From Leptogorgia sarmentosa (lineage: Eukaryota), in assembly GCA_964658305.1 (NCBI GenBank), contig OZ210885.1:5022001-5086000 (forward strand): a stretch of 64,000 bases of DNA. The letters are read 5' to 3'. The notes below the pieces were generated by a model. It did no database searches. It saw nothing but the letters and a program-made list of their open reading frames with translations, and was not told the origin of the DNA. Of this stretch, positions 37,501 through 48,556 are shown in pieces (position 1 is the first letter of the stretch; every line of letters starts with the position of its first letter). The position numbers were made by a program, and so were the translations under genes.

Positions 37501-38235
37501 ATGAAAAGCGCTAAACGAATGATTCTTATTCCTGAGGATATGTTGAACAAATTTGAGCAAAAACAGAAACTAGAGACTCCTCCGATTGTTAGCAGCATGA
37601 TACAAAAAGATGCGGAAATGTCAAGGGTTCTCCATCGTGACGATTTAAATGATGATGTAAAAGAGAAATTATATCACGCAAATTTGGAACGTTATTTAAA
37701 TTTGAAAAGTCAAAAAGACAACACAACCCCAACGGTCCGATTGGCACCTGATAGCGAGATTGAAGATAAGGAGCCGGTTTCTCCCGAAGAAAAAGCGCAA
37801 CTTTCTGATACTGTTATCGTCGAAAGTATTCCGAAAACAAACCGGTCGAGAGCAGTAGCCCTTTTAAATCGTTTAAAAGCAAGACCAGATGTTATTTCTT
37901 GGGATGAAACGGGCAGAGTCAGCCTGGAGGGAAAAAGTGTTCCTCTATCTAATATTACCGATTTGATCAGCGATGCTGTTAGAGGGAGAAAAAATTTTAA
38001 TCCTGCTGGGTCAAGGCAATTTTTTCGTGCACTAGCGAAAATTAATATGCCTCGGGAACTGGTCCGGAATGCAAACAGATGGAATGAAGCGCAAATTGAC
38101 AGTCCACAGGGGAGGGATGTGACTGACAGCAGTCCTCAAATTACAACTCCTTCAAAGTATTTTCAAACACTGGTTGAGAGACATAATACCAAAAGCCCAC
38201 GGGGACAAACTCCAAGAGGCTGGCTTAAGTATTAA
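37501..38235 (+). CDS. Conserved Maverick protein of unknown function (PZ-like), 244 aa
   Basis: ISWDETG....G..VP.SNITDLI motif; paralog in the relic at 2537-3325. Confidence 0.75.
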   Translation: MKSAKRMILIPEDMLNKFEQKQKLETPPIVSSMIQKDAEMSRVLHRDDLNDDVKEKLYHANLERYLNLKSQKDNTTPTVRLAPDSEIEDKEPVSPEEKAQLSDTVIVESIPKTNRSRAVALLNRLKARPDVISWDETGRVSLEGKSVPLSNITDLISDAVRGRKNFNPAGSRQFFRALAKINMPRELVRNANRWNEAQIDSPQGRDVTDSSPQITTPSKYFQTLVERHNTKSPRGQTPRGWLKY

Positions 38236-38367
38236 CATGATAAATGATATGAATGTCGAATAAAGTGTGATTTTAATTTCCGTTCTTTTGTCATTATTTT
38301 TACGGGGGGCACTCAATAATAACAAACAACTGATATTTACAGAACATTTATTTATAAAACAAAAAGA

Positions 38368-38886
38368 TTACAAGATACGTTTTTTACTAGTTTGATTATT
38401 CTCTACATGCAACTGTTTATCTATTGCTGTAAAATTGCTTTTCACAAATTGTGATACTTTGGCGTCATTTAACATTGTATTATTATTAAAAATATGCACA
38501 ATTTTGCTTAGACTAAGCCCTCGGGATCTTTGACATAAATAAAACAAGCAATATTGTCCACACACATCTGACCAGATGCTTTGCAAAGTACGTTTGTTAT
38601 ATTCCCATTCAATATCGTGTCTATCTAAAAAATCTTTAAAAGTGTCCTTATAATATTCTAACGATCTTCCAAAGCTATCAAACATTTCGCCTTTATGTTC
38701 AGATGGAAAATAAAAAGCCACCCAATGCGTTCCCGGTTCGTTGCTAGGTGTATCTGTGTTGGCTACGATGGCACATGGAAACCTGTCAAGTGTTTTAGGT
38801 AATTTGTCGCTAGGAAACACCCCGCAAAACGTTCTCTTAGTAAAACGGTCTCGTTTCAACGCGCGAATAATCTGACCAGTGTTCAT
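38368..38886 (-). CDS. Adenain-like cysteine maturation protease
   Basis: GTHWVA, FDSFG and Q....DVCGQYC (His/Asp/Cys triad context). Confidence 0.92.
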   Translation of the reverse strand: MNTGQIIRALKRDRFTKRTFCGVFPSDKLPKTLDRFPCAIVANTDTPSNEPGTHWVAFYFPSEHKGEMFDSFGRSLEYYKDTFKDFLDRHDIEWEYNKRTLQSIWSDVCGQYCLFYLCQRSRGLSLSKIVHIFNNNTMLNDAKVSQFVKSNFTAIDKQLHVENNQTSKKRIL

Positions 38887-40219
38887 TTAGCCCACGTAAT
38901 CGTATATCACGTTTCTTTCGGCGTCAATTTGAATTAGGTTTTCGAATTCCCCGTAGCACAGGAGACTTACGGCTGCTGCTGGAGCGTTAGAGAACTTGAT
39001 GTCAACTGTCAGACTTCCCTTTTGCACGACGTTAAAATGGGGGGGATGATCCGCACATATCGGCTGATAGGTCGAAAGCGTAAACAGCGTAGCCATTGGG
39101 AAACTCGGTCCTGTCGATATCATTTCCAGTGTTGAAAAGCCACTTTCCAGTTCCAGTGAACTGTGTACAGAAAGCTTCAATATATCTAGGGTTAGCTCCG
39201 AATGACAGCGGTAACGGCTTGAACGGTATGTCTTCCCCGTTTAGGGACACTCCAACAGACGAAACGTTGAAATGTTGAAAATTGTACGGATTTTTCTTGT
39301 ACGCACCGTTAAACGCTGTGCTTTCTACTAAGCCAAAGACAAACGATTTCGGTACGAGCCCATTAAAAACGTTATCTTTTCTAAGCGATGGATTTCCTGC
39401 CGGAACGATAAAACTTTTACATTCGACACGTCGAATAGGATAAACTGCTGGACCTTTTTTCAAAGCAACTTCGTGAGCAATCGAGACGCTAGGGGCCACT
39501 TTCATTTTTCGTACTTTTAGTTGGGCATCGATTAGCTTCACTCTGTAATCCGCATCGTCTTCAGAGGCCATCAGACAAAACTCGCTACTATTCCGACTCA
39601 TGATAACTTTAAGATCGACAAAACTTAACATGAGACGTTCTGACATGAATGCGTCACAAAATACAGGTCCCACCATCTCGAGAACCCCACTTTGACTGCT
39701 GTATGTATATCTTGTTTTCAGCCCGAGATTAGCATCGGCATCCCTTGCAACTGTAGGGTCAGCCACATCCATTTTTCCAGCCGTATCTTTGTAGAACATA
39801 GAGGCGGTGAGTTGTGATTTCTTTGCCGCTGGGCCGTAGTTTAGGAGGGTTTCCAAGTACGCACGGTACGAATAAGTCCCCATAGCTTGTGTGACTTGTT
39901 TTTCCTTCAGAAACACATCGACTTGTTTGAACAGACTGTGCAAAAAGTTGTTCACGATTCCAACCTTTTCGTCTTGGTCCAAATTCGCTCCATCTGCCTT
40001 TGTTACTTTTGCTCTTATCACCAACATTGTTTTAGATAGATCGACATAGTCTTCTGTACCAGGAGACAGAAATGTGATAGGGCCCCCGTCAGACACGCTG
40101 GACACCGGCTGATGGTCCATCCAGTAACCTTTTTCCAAACTGACCTGTGTTGGAGGCACAGAAAATAAATCCAGCTCGCTCTTGCTACACTCTTGCGAAT
40201 TGTGGTGGACAAAATTCAT
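38887..40219 (-). pseudogene. Major capsid protein (double jelly-roll) with a +1 frameshift in the G7 run at 39039-39045
   Basis: SELDLFSVPPTQ, NNFLHSLFKQVDV, YRAYLETLLNY, KNPYNFQHF; removing one base joins GSSP to HFNVVQKG...YGEFENLIQID. Confidence 0.9.
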
Positions 40220-40221
40220 GT

Positions 40222-40677
40222 TTAACCAAATATGTCTTCAGGAGATGTTTTTCGTCTCTTGGTCTGCTTGTTTCTGGCAGGAGGTTGCGTTGCCTTTCTC
40301 TTTTTATTAGTTTTTCCAGCCTGTTTTGCACGTTTCCCACTTCCTGTTTGAACGTAAGTCTTTGCCTGCTGCACAACTTTCTCCTTCGCTTTGTTTGCTG
40401 CCTCCTTGGCACGAGCTTTTGCGGCCTCTTTAACATTTTTACCAGCCAAGACATCGCCCACGAAATTCTTACCACTCTTCATTGCGATTTTGCCAAGGGA
40501 CTTTGCTCCACTCTTGACCATCGGCATAACCGCTCTTGCGAAGCTACGAAAAAGACCGCCAAGCCCAAATCCCATCTGTCCGTGACCAACCTGCCAGGGA
40601 CTACCTCTGAACACAGACATCTTATGTCCTTGTTGTTGATTAAGATAGTAATTCACGTACGGATTGTTCTGAGTCAT
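40222..40677 (-). CDS. Basic, amphipathic virion core or membrane-penetration-type Maverick protein
   Basis: Y..YY..Q, G.GLGGLFRS amphipathic helix, QTGSG and a Lys/Arg-rich tail; lies between mCP and MCP. Confidence 0.75.
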   Translation of the reverse strand: MTQNNPYVNYYLNQQQGHKMSVFRGSPWQVGHGQMGFGLGGLFRSFARAVMPMVKSGAKSLGKIAMKSGKNFVGDVLAGKNVKEAAKARAKEAANKAKEKVVQQAKTYVQTGSGKRAKQAGKTNKKRKATQPPARNKQTKRRKTSPEDIFG

Positions 40678-40679
40678 TT

Positions 40680-41435
40680 TTACGAAAAGTAAGATGGGTT
40701 CCGTTGCTTAAAGTGTAGTGTAATGATCGCCTTTCCGCGTTCAAATGGCACAGGGTCTCCCGTGTCACTCCTTAAAAGAACTTCCACGTCCTCAAATGAT
40801 TTTTTCTGAACAGGCACATACTGAATGTTTGTAAACGTTTTAGCAATGACGTCACCGAACTTTCCCTGGACGGGAATGCTTTTCAATAGCCGTACGCTTG
40901 TATCTCCAACAACTTGCGGTTCGACAATATCGCAATACACATAAATGGTTGACACAACCGCCAAATCTACCACGTACGGACCTACGGTTGTTTTCGTGAT
41001 ATACGTATCTTTTCCGCCAAACCCTAAGATAATAGACAATTTGCCAACTAAAAAAACCTGATGCCCATTCTTCAACTGTACTGTCACTTTTCCATTAAGA
41101 GAATTGTACGTTAATTTGATGTTATCGTTGACGGCTCGGGCTAATGCTTTATTTATGGCTTTTACAAGATCTTGGGCAGATTGATAGTAACCGTAATCAA
41201 TTATGACCGGTTGAAACAAGCCACTTTTGTCCGCTTGATAAATATGTGTATCGAACCCGTCCTGTAATGTGTACCACGAATTAGGGTAAGAAATCGAGTA
41301 GAGCCCGACTTCCCAATTATCCACCAAATTAATGCTCTGTGGTAATTTCACACGATAACTTGTCGTTTTGTTATCTGGAAAAACCTCAGGGGATGCATTA
41401 CTAGGAAGCGTAAGGTAGAAATGTGTTCCGCTCAT
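40680..41435 (-). CDS. Minor capsid (penton) protein
   Basis: FYLTLPSNAS, WEVGL..ISYP, IYVYCDIVEPQ.VGD, LHFK. Confidence 0.88.
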   Translation of the reverse strand: MSGTHFYLTLPSNASPEVFPDNKTTSYRVKLPQSINLVDNWEVGLYSISYPNSWYTLQDGFDTHIYQADKSGLFQPVIIDYGYYQSAQDLVKAINKALARAVNDNIKLTYNSLNGKVTVQLKNGHQVFLVGKLSIILGFGGKDTYITKTTVGPYVVDLAVVSTIYVYCDIVEPQVVGDTSVRLLKSIPVQGKFGDVIAKTFTNIQYVPVQKKSFEDVEVLLRSDTGDPVPFERGKAIITLHFKQRNPSYFS

Positions 41436-41480
41436 TGCAAATCATAAAACAAAATGACAACGAAACAACACAGTCAAGGT

Positions 41481-42569
41481 TTAAATATTATTTATTTCAG
41501 ATGCGGGTACCCACGAATTGAATTTGTTTGGGTATCCCGACCATTTTACAAGATATTGTACATTATTGCCTCTGCCGCGCTTTTTCAAAACTTTTTCTAT
41601 TTTATAAACATCGTCCTGTTTAATAACCTTTTGTAATTCCTTATCGTAAAATGTCCCTTTTAGTTCCTCACCATCATAATCTTTCAATTTATATACGGGT
41701 GGATCGCGAGGTATTTGTTTGCTAATGGTAAAAATTTCTTTTGAAAAATTTGGCAAGTAGCCTTTAGAAAATTGGCGTTTAATCTTACTTATCCGAACCG
41801 TCTCACCTACTTTAAATTTAAACTTTACATTTTTCACTACATCATGACTGTCATATAAAGTATGCCAAACTTTTTGTTCGTTCTCAACAGTAACATCTGC
41901 TGGTTTTGTTTTAATACTTCGATGTACACTATGATTGTACGAATGCACTAAATCGGGTAACATGTCAATATATCTCATTGTTTTCTTCGCGGTAAAGTAA
42001 CGCCACATTCTAGTCTTCAGAGTACGAATCAACCGTTCCACAATGGAGGCTTTAGTTTCGTTATACGTATTGTACAGATTTATATCTTTTTCTTTCATCA
42101 ATGCTTGAAAATGTTTGTTGAAAAATTCAGTTCCTTGATCTGTCATGACCTTTTCAGGTTTGCGACCAGTCGATAATATCAATTTGAAAGCTTCGACCAA
42201 GGAGAGACCGGTTTTATTTTTCAATGGAATTACCCATGCATACTTTGAAAACACGTCCACGCACACTAAAAGATATCTGTAACCATCGTTAAACTTTTGC
42301 AGAGATTGCATGTCAGCTAAGTCTAATTGCCATTGCTCGTCAATGCCCCCGACAATGACACGATTTCTTCTAAAATTGCGACGAACAGGCTTATGTAAAG
42401 TGTATGTGTCCTGTTTCATTAGCCATTCTTTAATTTGCTGGCGCGTTATTTTGAATTTTCCCTCCCTTTTTGCGTCACGATACAAACGGTCCACCCCGCC
42501 AAAGCCTCCTGATCGTTTGGCATCGTAATAAACACTCGATAGATAACTGTCTACGCTATCCATGGTCAT
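41481..42569 (-). CDS. Retroviral-like (rve) integrase with C-terminal chromodomain, intact
   Basis: DDE residues in WQLDLADM, TDQGTEF and VERLIRTLK; chromodomain IEKVL...YLVKW.GY...NSW. Confidence 0.95.
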   Translation of the reverse strand: MTMDSVDSYLSSVYYDAKRSGGFGGVDRLYRDAKREGKFKITRQQIKEWLMKQDTYTLHKPVRRNFRRNRVIVGGIDEQWQLDLADMQSLQKFNDGYRYLLVCVDVFSKYAWVIPLKNKTGLSLVEAFKLILSTGRKPEKVMTDQGTEFFNKHFQALMKEKDINLYNTYNETKASIVERLIRTLKTRMWRYFTAKKTMRYIDMLPDLVHSYNHSVHRSIKTKPADVTVENEQKVWHTLYDSHDVVKNVKFKFKVGETVRISKIKRQFSKGYLPNFSKEIFTISKQIPRDPPVYKLKDYDGEELKGTFYDKELQKVIKQDDVYKIEKVLKKRGRGNNVQYLVKWSGYPNKFNSWVPASEINNI

Positions 42570-42619
42570 CTAACACCGTCGCATATAAAATGGAGAAAAT
42601 ATCCAATAATTTGTTTCTT

Positions 42620-42874
42620 TTATCCTTCGACATTTTCAACGCTTTCATTGTCAACGTGCACTGTGTCAACTGTCTTGCTGTCAATCGATTTTAAGGCATG
42701 CATATTTTCAATCGGCGCATAATTCTTAAGAGTTTTGCTATTGTAACCCATTTGCAAATGTCCCTCAAGATTGAGGTCGTTGCGACCAAAACTTATACCT
42801 ATTCGAAACATTTTTTGTCTGTGATGATTTTTGTTGATCTTTGGGCTTTGTCGCTTGCTAATAAGTTGACCCAT
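42620..42874 (-). CDS. Small 84-aa ORF with N-myristoylation consensus
   Basis: Starts MGQLISK (MGxxxSK), directly downstream of a duplicated promoter-like block. Confidence 0.5.
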   Translation of the reverse strand: MGQLISKRQSPKINKNHHRQKMFRIGISFGRNDLNLEGHLQMGYNSKTLKNYAPIENMHALKSIDSKTVDTVHVDNESVENVEG

Positions 42875-43089
42875 TATCTCTGACCGTGTACACCTTGCTA
42901 ATGAGCGTCGTGAACAATATGCACGGGTATGTATAGGCATTTTGAAATATTAAATTTAATATCGTGACCAAGCGAACTTGCATAAAAGGCGGTTCTTATC
43001 TTAAATACACAATAGTAAACTTAAAATAATTTTCAAACAACAAAAATTTTTGAGAATAATTTATTAACATTTTTAAAAAATATTTACAG

Positions 43090-43545
43090 TTAAATTGAGT
43101 GCCAAAGGCACCCGCAGTAAGTAATTTCCCCGCACTCTATAGTGAAATTAAAAGTTAATTGTTCGAATGTTTCTCTTACAGTCTCTACACATTTCTTGTG
43201 AACCTCTGTCTCGCAACATCTCGTTTTTTGTAATTCTTCGGTGTCGACCTTTCTTTCCAGGCACAGCCAGCACAGTTCTTTGTCCGGGAATATCGTCCGA
43301 CAATAGCCACATTTTACGGTTCCTGGCGTTGTACTTCGTGCCGCCCACTCTCGAAAACATTTTGTATGTGCCTTTTGATGGCAGCAACACATGTTCATTG
43401 CTTTTTGCTCGTTCCGTTTGATATCTTCATAGCAGAAGTAGCACTGCCCTTGGTCTTCTTTGTTTTCGGATAATATCCCGAACAGCGAAATGATCGTTCT
43501 GTACATCCAATCTTCTGGCTCGGGCAAAACACCTATCTTCTCCAT
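43090..43545 (-). CDS. Tandem RING-finger protein (first finger C4HC3/RING-CH-like), putative E3 ligase
   Basis: CYFC...CCC....HTKC...W........CGYC, followed by CWLC...CC....HKKC...CG...YCGC. Confidence 0.72.
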   Translation of the reverse strand: MEKIGVLPEPEDWMYRTIISLFGILSENKEDQGQCYFCYEDIKRNEQKAMNMCCCHQKAHTKCFREWAARSTTPGTVKCGYCRTIFPDKELCWLCLERKVDTEELQKTRCCETEVHKKCVETVRETFEQLTFNFTIECGEITYCGCLWHSI

Positions 43546-43739
43546 TTCGATGTGTAATTGAGGTCGTTTGCTAATGTTATCTCTGACCGTGTACACAATG
43601 TTAATATGCGTCGTGGACAATATGCTCGGGTATATATATAGACATTTGATTTCGTGACCAAGCGAACTCGCATAAAAGGCGGTTCTTAACGGACACATTA
43701 AACAGGTACCCTGGCCTAAGGGGCAAGTGGACATTCAAT

Positions 43740-44069
43740 ATGAATACTGAAGAAAGAAAAAGCAGAGCAGCGGAGAGATCCCGAAGAAATAGGCTCAAGG
43801 CCAAAACGGAGATTGGACGACTAAGGGCTCTAGAGCGATATTTTATTACTTTAGACCCTACGATTATCGCAGAGTTCGGGAAAACGTACCTCGGCGTGGT
43901 CCCAGAGATCACACCACGGCAAGGAAAAACGAAAGGGGCCGAAAGGGTCCGAAGAAATCGACTTCAGGTAAAGAATGAGTTGGCACGACTTAGGGCGCTG
44001 GAGCGATACCTAATCAGGCTCTACCCTACGAATGTCGCTGATTTCGTCGAAAACCCTCCATTGGACTAA
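43740..44069 (+). CDS. Protein with two bZIP-basic-like repeats, 109 aa
   Basis: KSRAAERSRRNRLKAKTEIGRLRALERY and KTKGAERVRRNRLQVKNELARLRALERY. Confidence 0.6.
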   Translation: MNTEERKSRAAERSRRNRLKAKTEIGRLRALERYFITLDPTIIAEFGKTYLGVVPEITPRQGKTKGAERVRRNRLQVKNELARLRALERYLIRLYPTNVADFVENPPLD

Positions 44070-44160
44070 CACGGTTCTTTTTAAGAACCACCAAATTTGA
44101 CAAAACAATATAAATGAAGAAGATTTTTTTATTCATCAACCTTACGAATAAATACACAAA

Positions 44161-47100
44161 TCAATACCCATACGGAATTGTTTTATAGTCGTTATTAATT
44201 ACACGTTTATTATAGACAATTTGATAGTCCTTTTTCTGTCGTTTGGTAACTATATCTTTTGAGTGTTTATCTCTCGTGATTTTAAATGGAATATCGACTG
44301 TCGTACGTCCTTCAACATTACAAATTGCCTGAATATTCTTTATGTAACAGATGCGCTTTTTGCAAAATACGTCGCAAAACGTCCAGTTGATGAAATACTA
44401 GCATTTAAGGAAGACCTTAAGGTAGGACAGTGCATTTTACCAGTCCAAAGTAGGATGAAAGATCTTGAAAGTTCTCAGTTATTATCTGAGGATGACCGAT
44501 AACTGAAGGTGTGGACTTATTGCAATGGGGGTAGAGGCTTGTAAAGTCGAAATATTTTATTTGTTCGTCGTCCTGACATTCGTGAAATAATTTCGTGGCG
44601 TTTGTACGACCTCCATAAAAAGCATCCCGGGGCTCGAGAGGATCGACCACTTGAAAATTATCAAAATAAGCCCGCATGTCGGCGTCAGTTTTGAGTTGCT
44701 GGTTTATTTGACACTCCCAAATCTCAACAACATTAAAATTTAGAGATTTCAGATACATAGTTTTGTCTAATGTAGCCTAATACAGTTCATGCGTAGTTTT
44801 ACTGTTAACAGTGTTTACGGTATCCCTTGCGTAACATTTCAGACACCCATGCCAAAAACACCCTTGAACCTCGTAGACGGTGTTCGTTTCTTCGTGAAAA
44901 CCATCCAAACGATAATTCCCGACCCGTTTCTCCCCTGAATTTCGAGTATGTTGTATGTTTATATTATTCCGCTCGGCTGTAAACGAAAGCCACTTAAGTG
45001 CGAGGATAGAATGTTTATCAGTAGGACGGTAACCGTTTGGCGGTATAATGGCTATCGTACCCTCTCGTAAAAACTTTTTTCTAAAAACAAGATTGCACGC
45101 AGAAGCAATGGTCAAACACTTTTCAAACGGGTCTACATCGGTAACGCTACGAAACAGTTCGCGAAACTCCATGCAACAGCGCCGTAAAATATCAACATCT
45201 GATCGACAATACTTTAATATTTCGTCTTGAAAGTTAAAAACGTAATTGTTTTGCTGTAAATTTTTGTGCCAACTTAGGAACTTTTCTCTTTCGCTGGGGC
45301 TCATACCGTCGGGGTGGTAATATGGGCTTGAAGGTATTGGCCCAATGTACGTTTGATTCTCTGTTCTGTTAAAAAGATGTGGAAAATATCCTTTGGCAAG
45401 TTCAGGTATCCCAAATGTCTTTGGAAAGTTTGCCAATTTCATCGGAATAAAACATAGGGAGTCAATAAATTTGATTTTAAGCATCGGAACGTAAATCGTG
45501 AGAAGTTTTGCACCACGCATAATAACCTCCGGAACAATCCCGTTTTTATGCAAATACTGTAAAATAAAATAACCGTCATAGCCTTGGAAATTATGAGCCA
45601 TGACAATACTGCCCGCATTTTCATTCTGAAACAACCATTCACAAAAGTCGTCTTTTGTATTTCCACCTTGAAAAACATGTTCGTTCCCAGCCTCATCGTG
45701 AACAACGCAGAGATTTGGTGTGTGCGTGCCATTCTCTTGAATGCACTCAAAATCAAAAAATAATAATTGATTATAAGCGCTTCCGTCGTTATTAGTTTCA
45801 TCCGCTTCGCTATCACATAAATCGTCGGACTCGGCTGTTTCGTTCATTTTTGTCTTCTCGGGTTGCATGTAGCAGCGATGTGTCTCATCGACATATTCCC
45901 GACACACTATGCACCGAACAAGTCCGCAGTTATGCGATTCAGGCCTCGCTAAATTCCTTTTTACAACCCTGCCACAATGTTTACACTTAATAAGAGACGC
46001 ACAAATTGATTTCCCATTTCCTACAGTTTCCTTATGCCTGTTATATAACACTCCTGACTTTTAAAATTCCGCATGCAATCTTTACATTCAACCCATGAAA
46101 TGATAGGACAGTTTTGAAAACGACATGCCTTACACGAATCACCGCATAAATGATCGGTATTTTTGTCGTAACCTTTTTTGCAAGTGTGACAAAACATTTT
46201 CCTAGCAAAAAACGCTGGCATACTTGTGATAACATCGTAATGATTATCGTGAGCATACAAATAAATACGTTTTTCTCTATCAGGGCCGGAAAAAATGATC
46301 GAGTTTTGATGTTCCTTAGAAACAATATTAATTTGGTATTCCGCCAAATGTGTTTGAAACTGTTTAATCTCACTCAAACCGCATTGCACTAAAGGAACAC
46401 TGCATTTCTCGTGCAGCTCATACGCTCGTCGTGACTGCAACGTACTGATTTTCGAGTTGATTATTGTTCTATACTGTTCGTCATTTTCAAGTTTTGCAAT
46501 AGCCACAACAAGTGCCCTAGCTAAACATATATCATCGGTGTTTTGAATGCGAACAATTGATCGTTTGTTTGTCAAGTATTTATCTAAATTAATCTCTCGG
46601 CGCTTAGTTCCAGTCCCCCCGTTGGGCATTTCAACATGCACTATGTTGACACTCACTGAATCATTAAGTTTGAATTCGTGATTGGATTGAACGACTCGCT
46701 CAATTTCGGCTAAAACTCGTTCGGATGTTAATCTCCCTCGTGGCATGAAAGGTAAAGATATAGGATATTCTAGCTGAGGCGTACGCAAAACAAAGCGAAC
46801 TTGATCATGCATCGGCACGTCCCTTGTGACTGTATCAAGTAAACTCTGAAATATCTCGTGAAGGTGATTGTGCTGCTCCGATAGTTCCAAATTGGAAAGT
46901 GTATTGGTAAATTGAATCGCGTAATCTAAGCCTGTTGTCGCAAACTTTTGAATTCGAACCTGCCTCAAATGTTTTACAGTAATACTATTACTATTATCGT
47001 CTCTTACTTCATCACTTGTTCCAGCACCGTCGTCATTCATCTCTTCAAATCTCCTTTTCTCGCCATAACCATCTGGATGGTTTGGATGATAGGATCATCG

Positions 47101-47333
47101 TTCAGCCAGTCTTCGATAAACTTTTCTCTCTGTGTAGGTGTCCAGGAATCGCTTATACCGGGCTCTAGCCCCAGCGATTCATTTTCGATGCTCCAGTCCA
47201 ACAATCTCACAAATATCTTTAGTCTTTGGTCAAACACAGCATTTTGCTCTTCTTCAGTTAGAGTATATCTTTCCTCTAGGTTTTTGAGCTGGGCCAGCGT
47301 AGAGCATTGTTTTATCATCCCAGAAAGATCCAT
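44161..47333 (-). pseudogene. Protein-primed DNA polymerase B of element 1: two frameshifts, one stop, and a deletion of palm motifs B and C
   Basis: Exonuclease motifs FFDFEC, AHNFQGYDG and YCRSDV; nuclease-like insert YEVQGCFWHG; YGGRT; DFTSLYP; sequence then jumps from KCTVLP to the C-terminus KTIPYGY (stop 44161-44163). Confidence 0.93.
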
Positions 47334-47537
47334 TACTTGAACAAAAAAAAAGTTCTTATTTCTGAGGTCTGAAAATGCATGCCACATGGAAAAAAAAAGC
47401 TTACCTAGTATTCTTCCTGAACAATCTTGTCGAAAATAGCAACTTGAAAAGGTTTACTTGCAAAAACACAAACTTGAATGCAGGAAAAATTCGAACACGT
47501 ATTTTTATAGCCAGCGAATGCGTGGGCGCTTATAGGT

Positions 47538-47868
47538 CATTAAATCAGCGTACGTACACCAAAACAATAAATGGCGCTAACATTTGAATTGGGTGGGCTT
47601 CGCGTACGTTCGCCTCAGCTCATTAAATCAGCGTACGTACACCAAACAATGCCGTGACGCCTCAGCAATCTCATTAAATCAGCGTACGTACACCAAAACA
47701 ATAAATGGCGCCAAAATTTGAATTGTGTGGGCGTCGCGTACGTTCACCTCCGCTCATTAAATCAGCGTACGTACACCATAACAATGTCGTGACGCCTCAG
47801 CAATCTCATTAAATCAGCGTACGTACACCAAACAATGCCGTAACGCCTGAGCAATCTCATTAAAGTAC
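47538..47868 (-). repeat. Right sub-terminal repeat array, inverted copy of 33332-33647
   Basis: Five copies of cattaaatcagcgtacgtacacca with the same two spacer types as the left array. Confidence 0.92.
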
Positions 47869-47953
47869 CATACGTTAACGTTGAAATATAGAAGTGTGCA
47901 ATCAGATATACTTCAACTCTTCCACAGTGAGCAAGTCATATAAAAGTTCAATA

Positions 47954-48334
47954 ATGACATATCTTTTCAACCAAATATACTTGGACGACATTAAAAACCT
48001 CAAACACCTCAGCGAAACAGAATTAATGGAAGCTGTAACAACCGAATTTATCCTCAACGAATCATACGACGACGGAAAAAAAGTAATGAAAAAAAAGTTA
48101 CAGGATAACACCATATATAAAATGGACCGGCAGAAACTATGGCTGCTCATCATTGAAGCGTTCAAGTTAATGGATTTTGAAAAACCTTCCAACGAACTTC
48201 AATCATTATATGAAAAAACATTAAATCTGCCAAGATCGAAGCAACAGAACATCAATTCAAATATTAACAGAACAATTACTTTTGAAAACCTAATACATTA
48301 TCTAACATGTATCTATAAATTAAAATACATGTAA
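47954..48334 (+). CDS. Hypothetical terminal protein-coding ORF, 126 aa
   Basis: Open ORF between the inner array and the TIR; its stop lies in the TIR; no recognisable motif. Confidence 0.55.
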   Translation: MTYLFNQIYLDDIKNLKHLSETELMEAVTTEFILNESYDDGKKVMKKKLQDNTIYKMDRQKLWLLIIEAFKLMDFEKPSNELQSLYEKTLNLPRSKQQNINSNINRTITFENLIHYLTCIYKLKYM

Positions 48335-48556
48335 AATTTTATTATTGCTCAAATAAAAATGTACAATCTCAATTTTTTTTTTGCCTAATTCTTATCGCTC
48401 GAAATTTCAATAAAAAATTCGTACCATACAGTAAACACGTGCTTCATTTGAATACATGCACTGTCCACGTGAACACTATGGTCAACCTTTGTTTTTACCT
48501 ATTGTGACGTCATTGTCGGCATCCCTTTCATTGCTATATGGGGGGGGTAACCTACT
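48328..48556 (-). repeat. Right TIR of element 1
   Basis: Ends ...ggggtaacctact; reverse complement of the left TIR. Confidence 0.95.

Larger units (their letters stand above)
32430..48556. mobile_element. Maverick/Polinton (adintovirus-like) element 1, 16.1 kb, both ends present, core genes damaged
   Basis: AGTAGG...CCTACT termini, long TIRs, and pPolB, INT, ATPase, protease, MCP and mCP genes. Confidence 0.96.
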
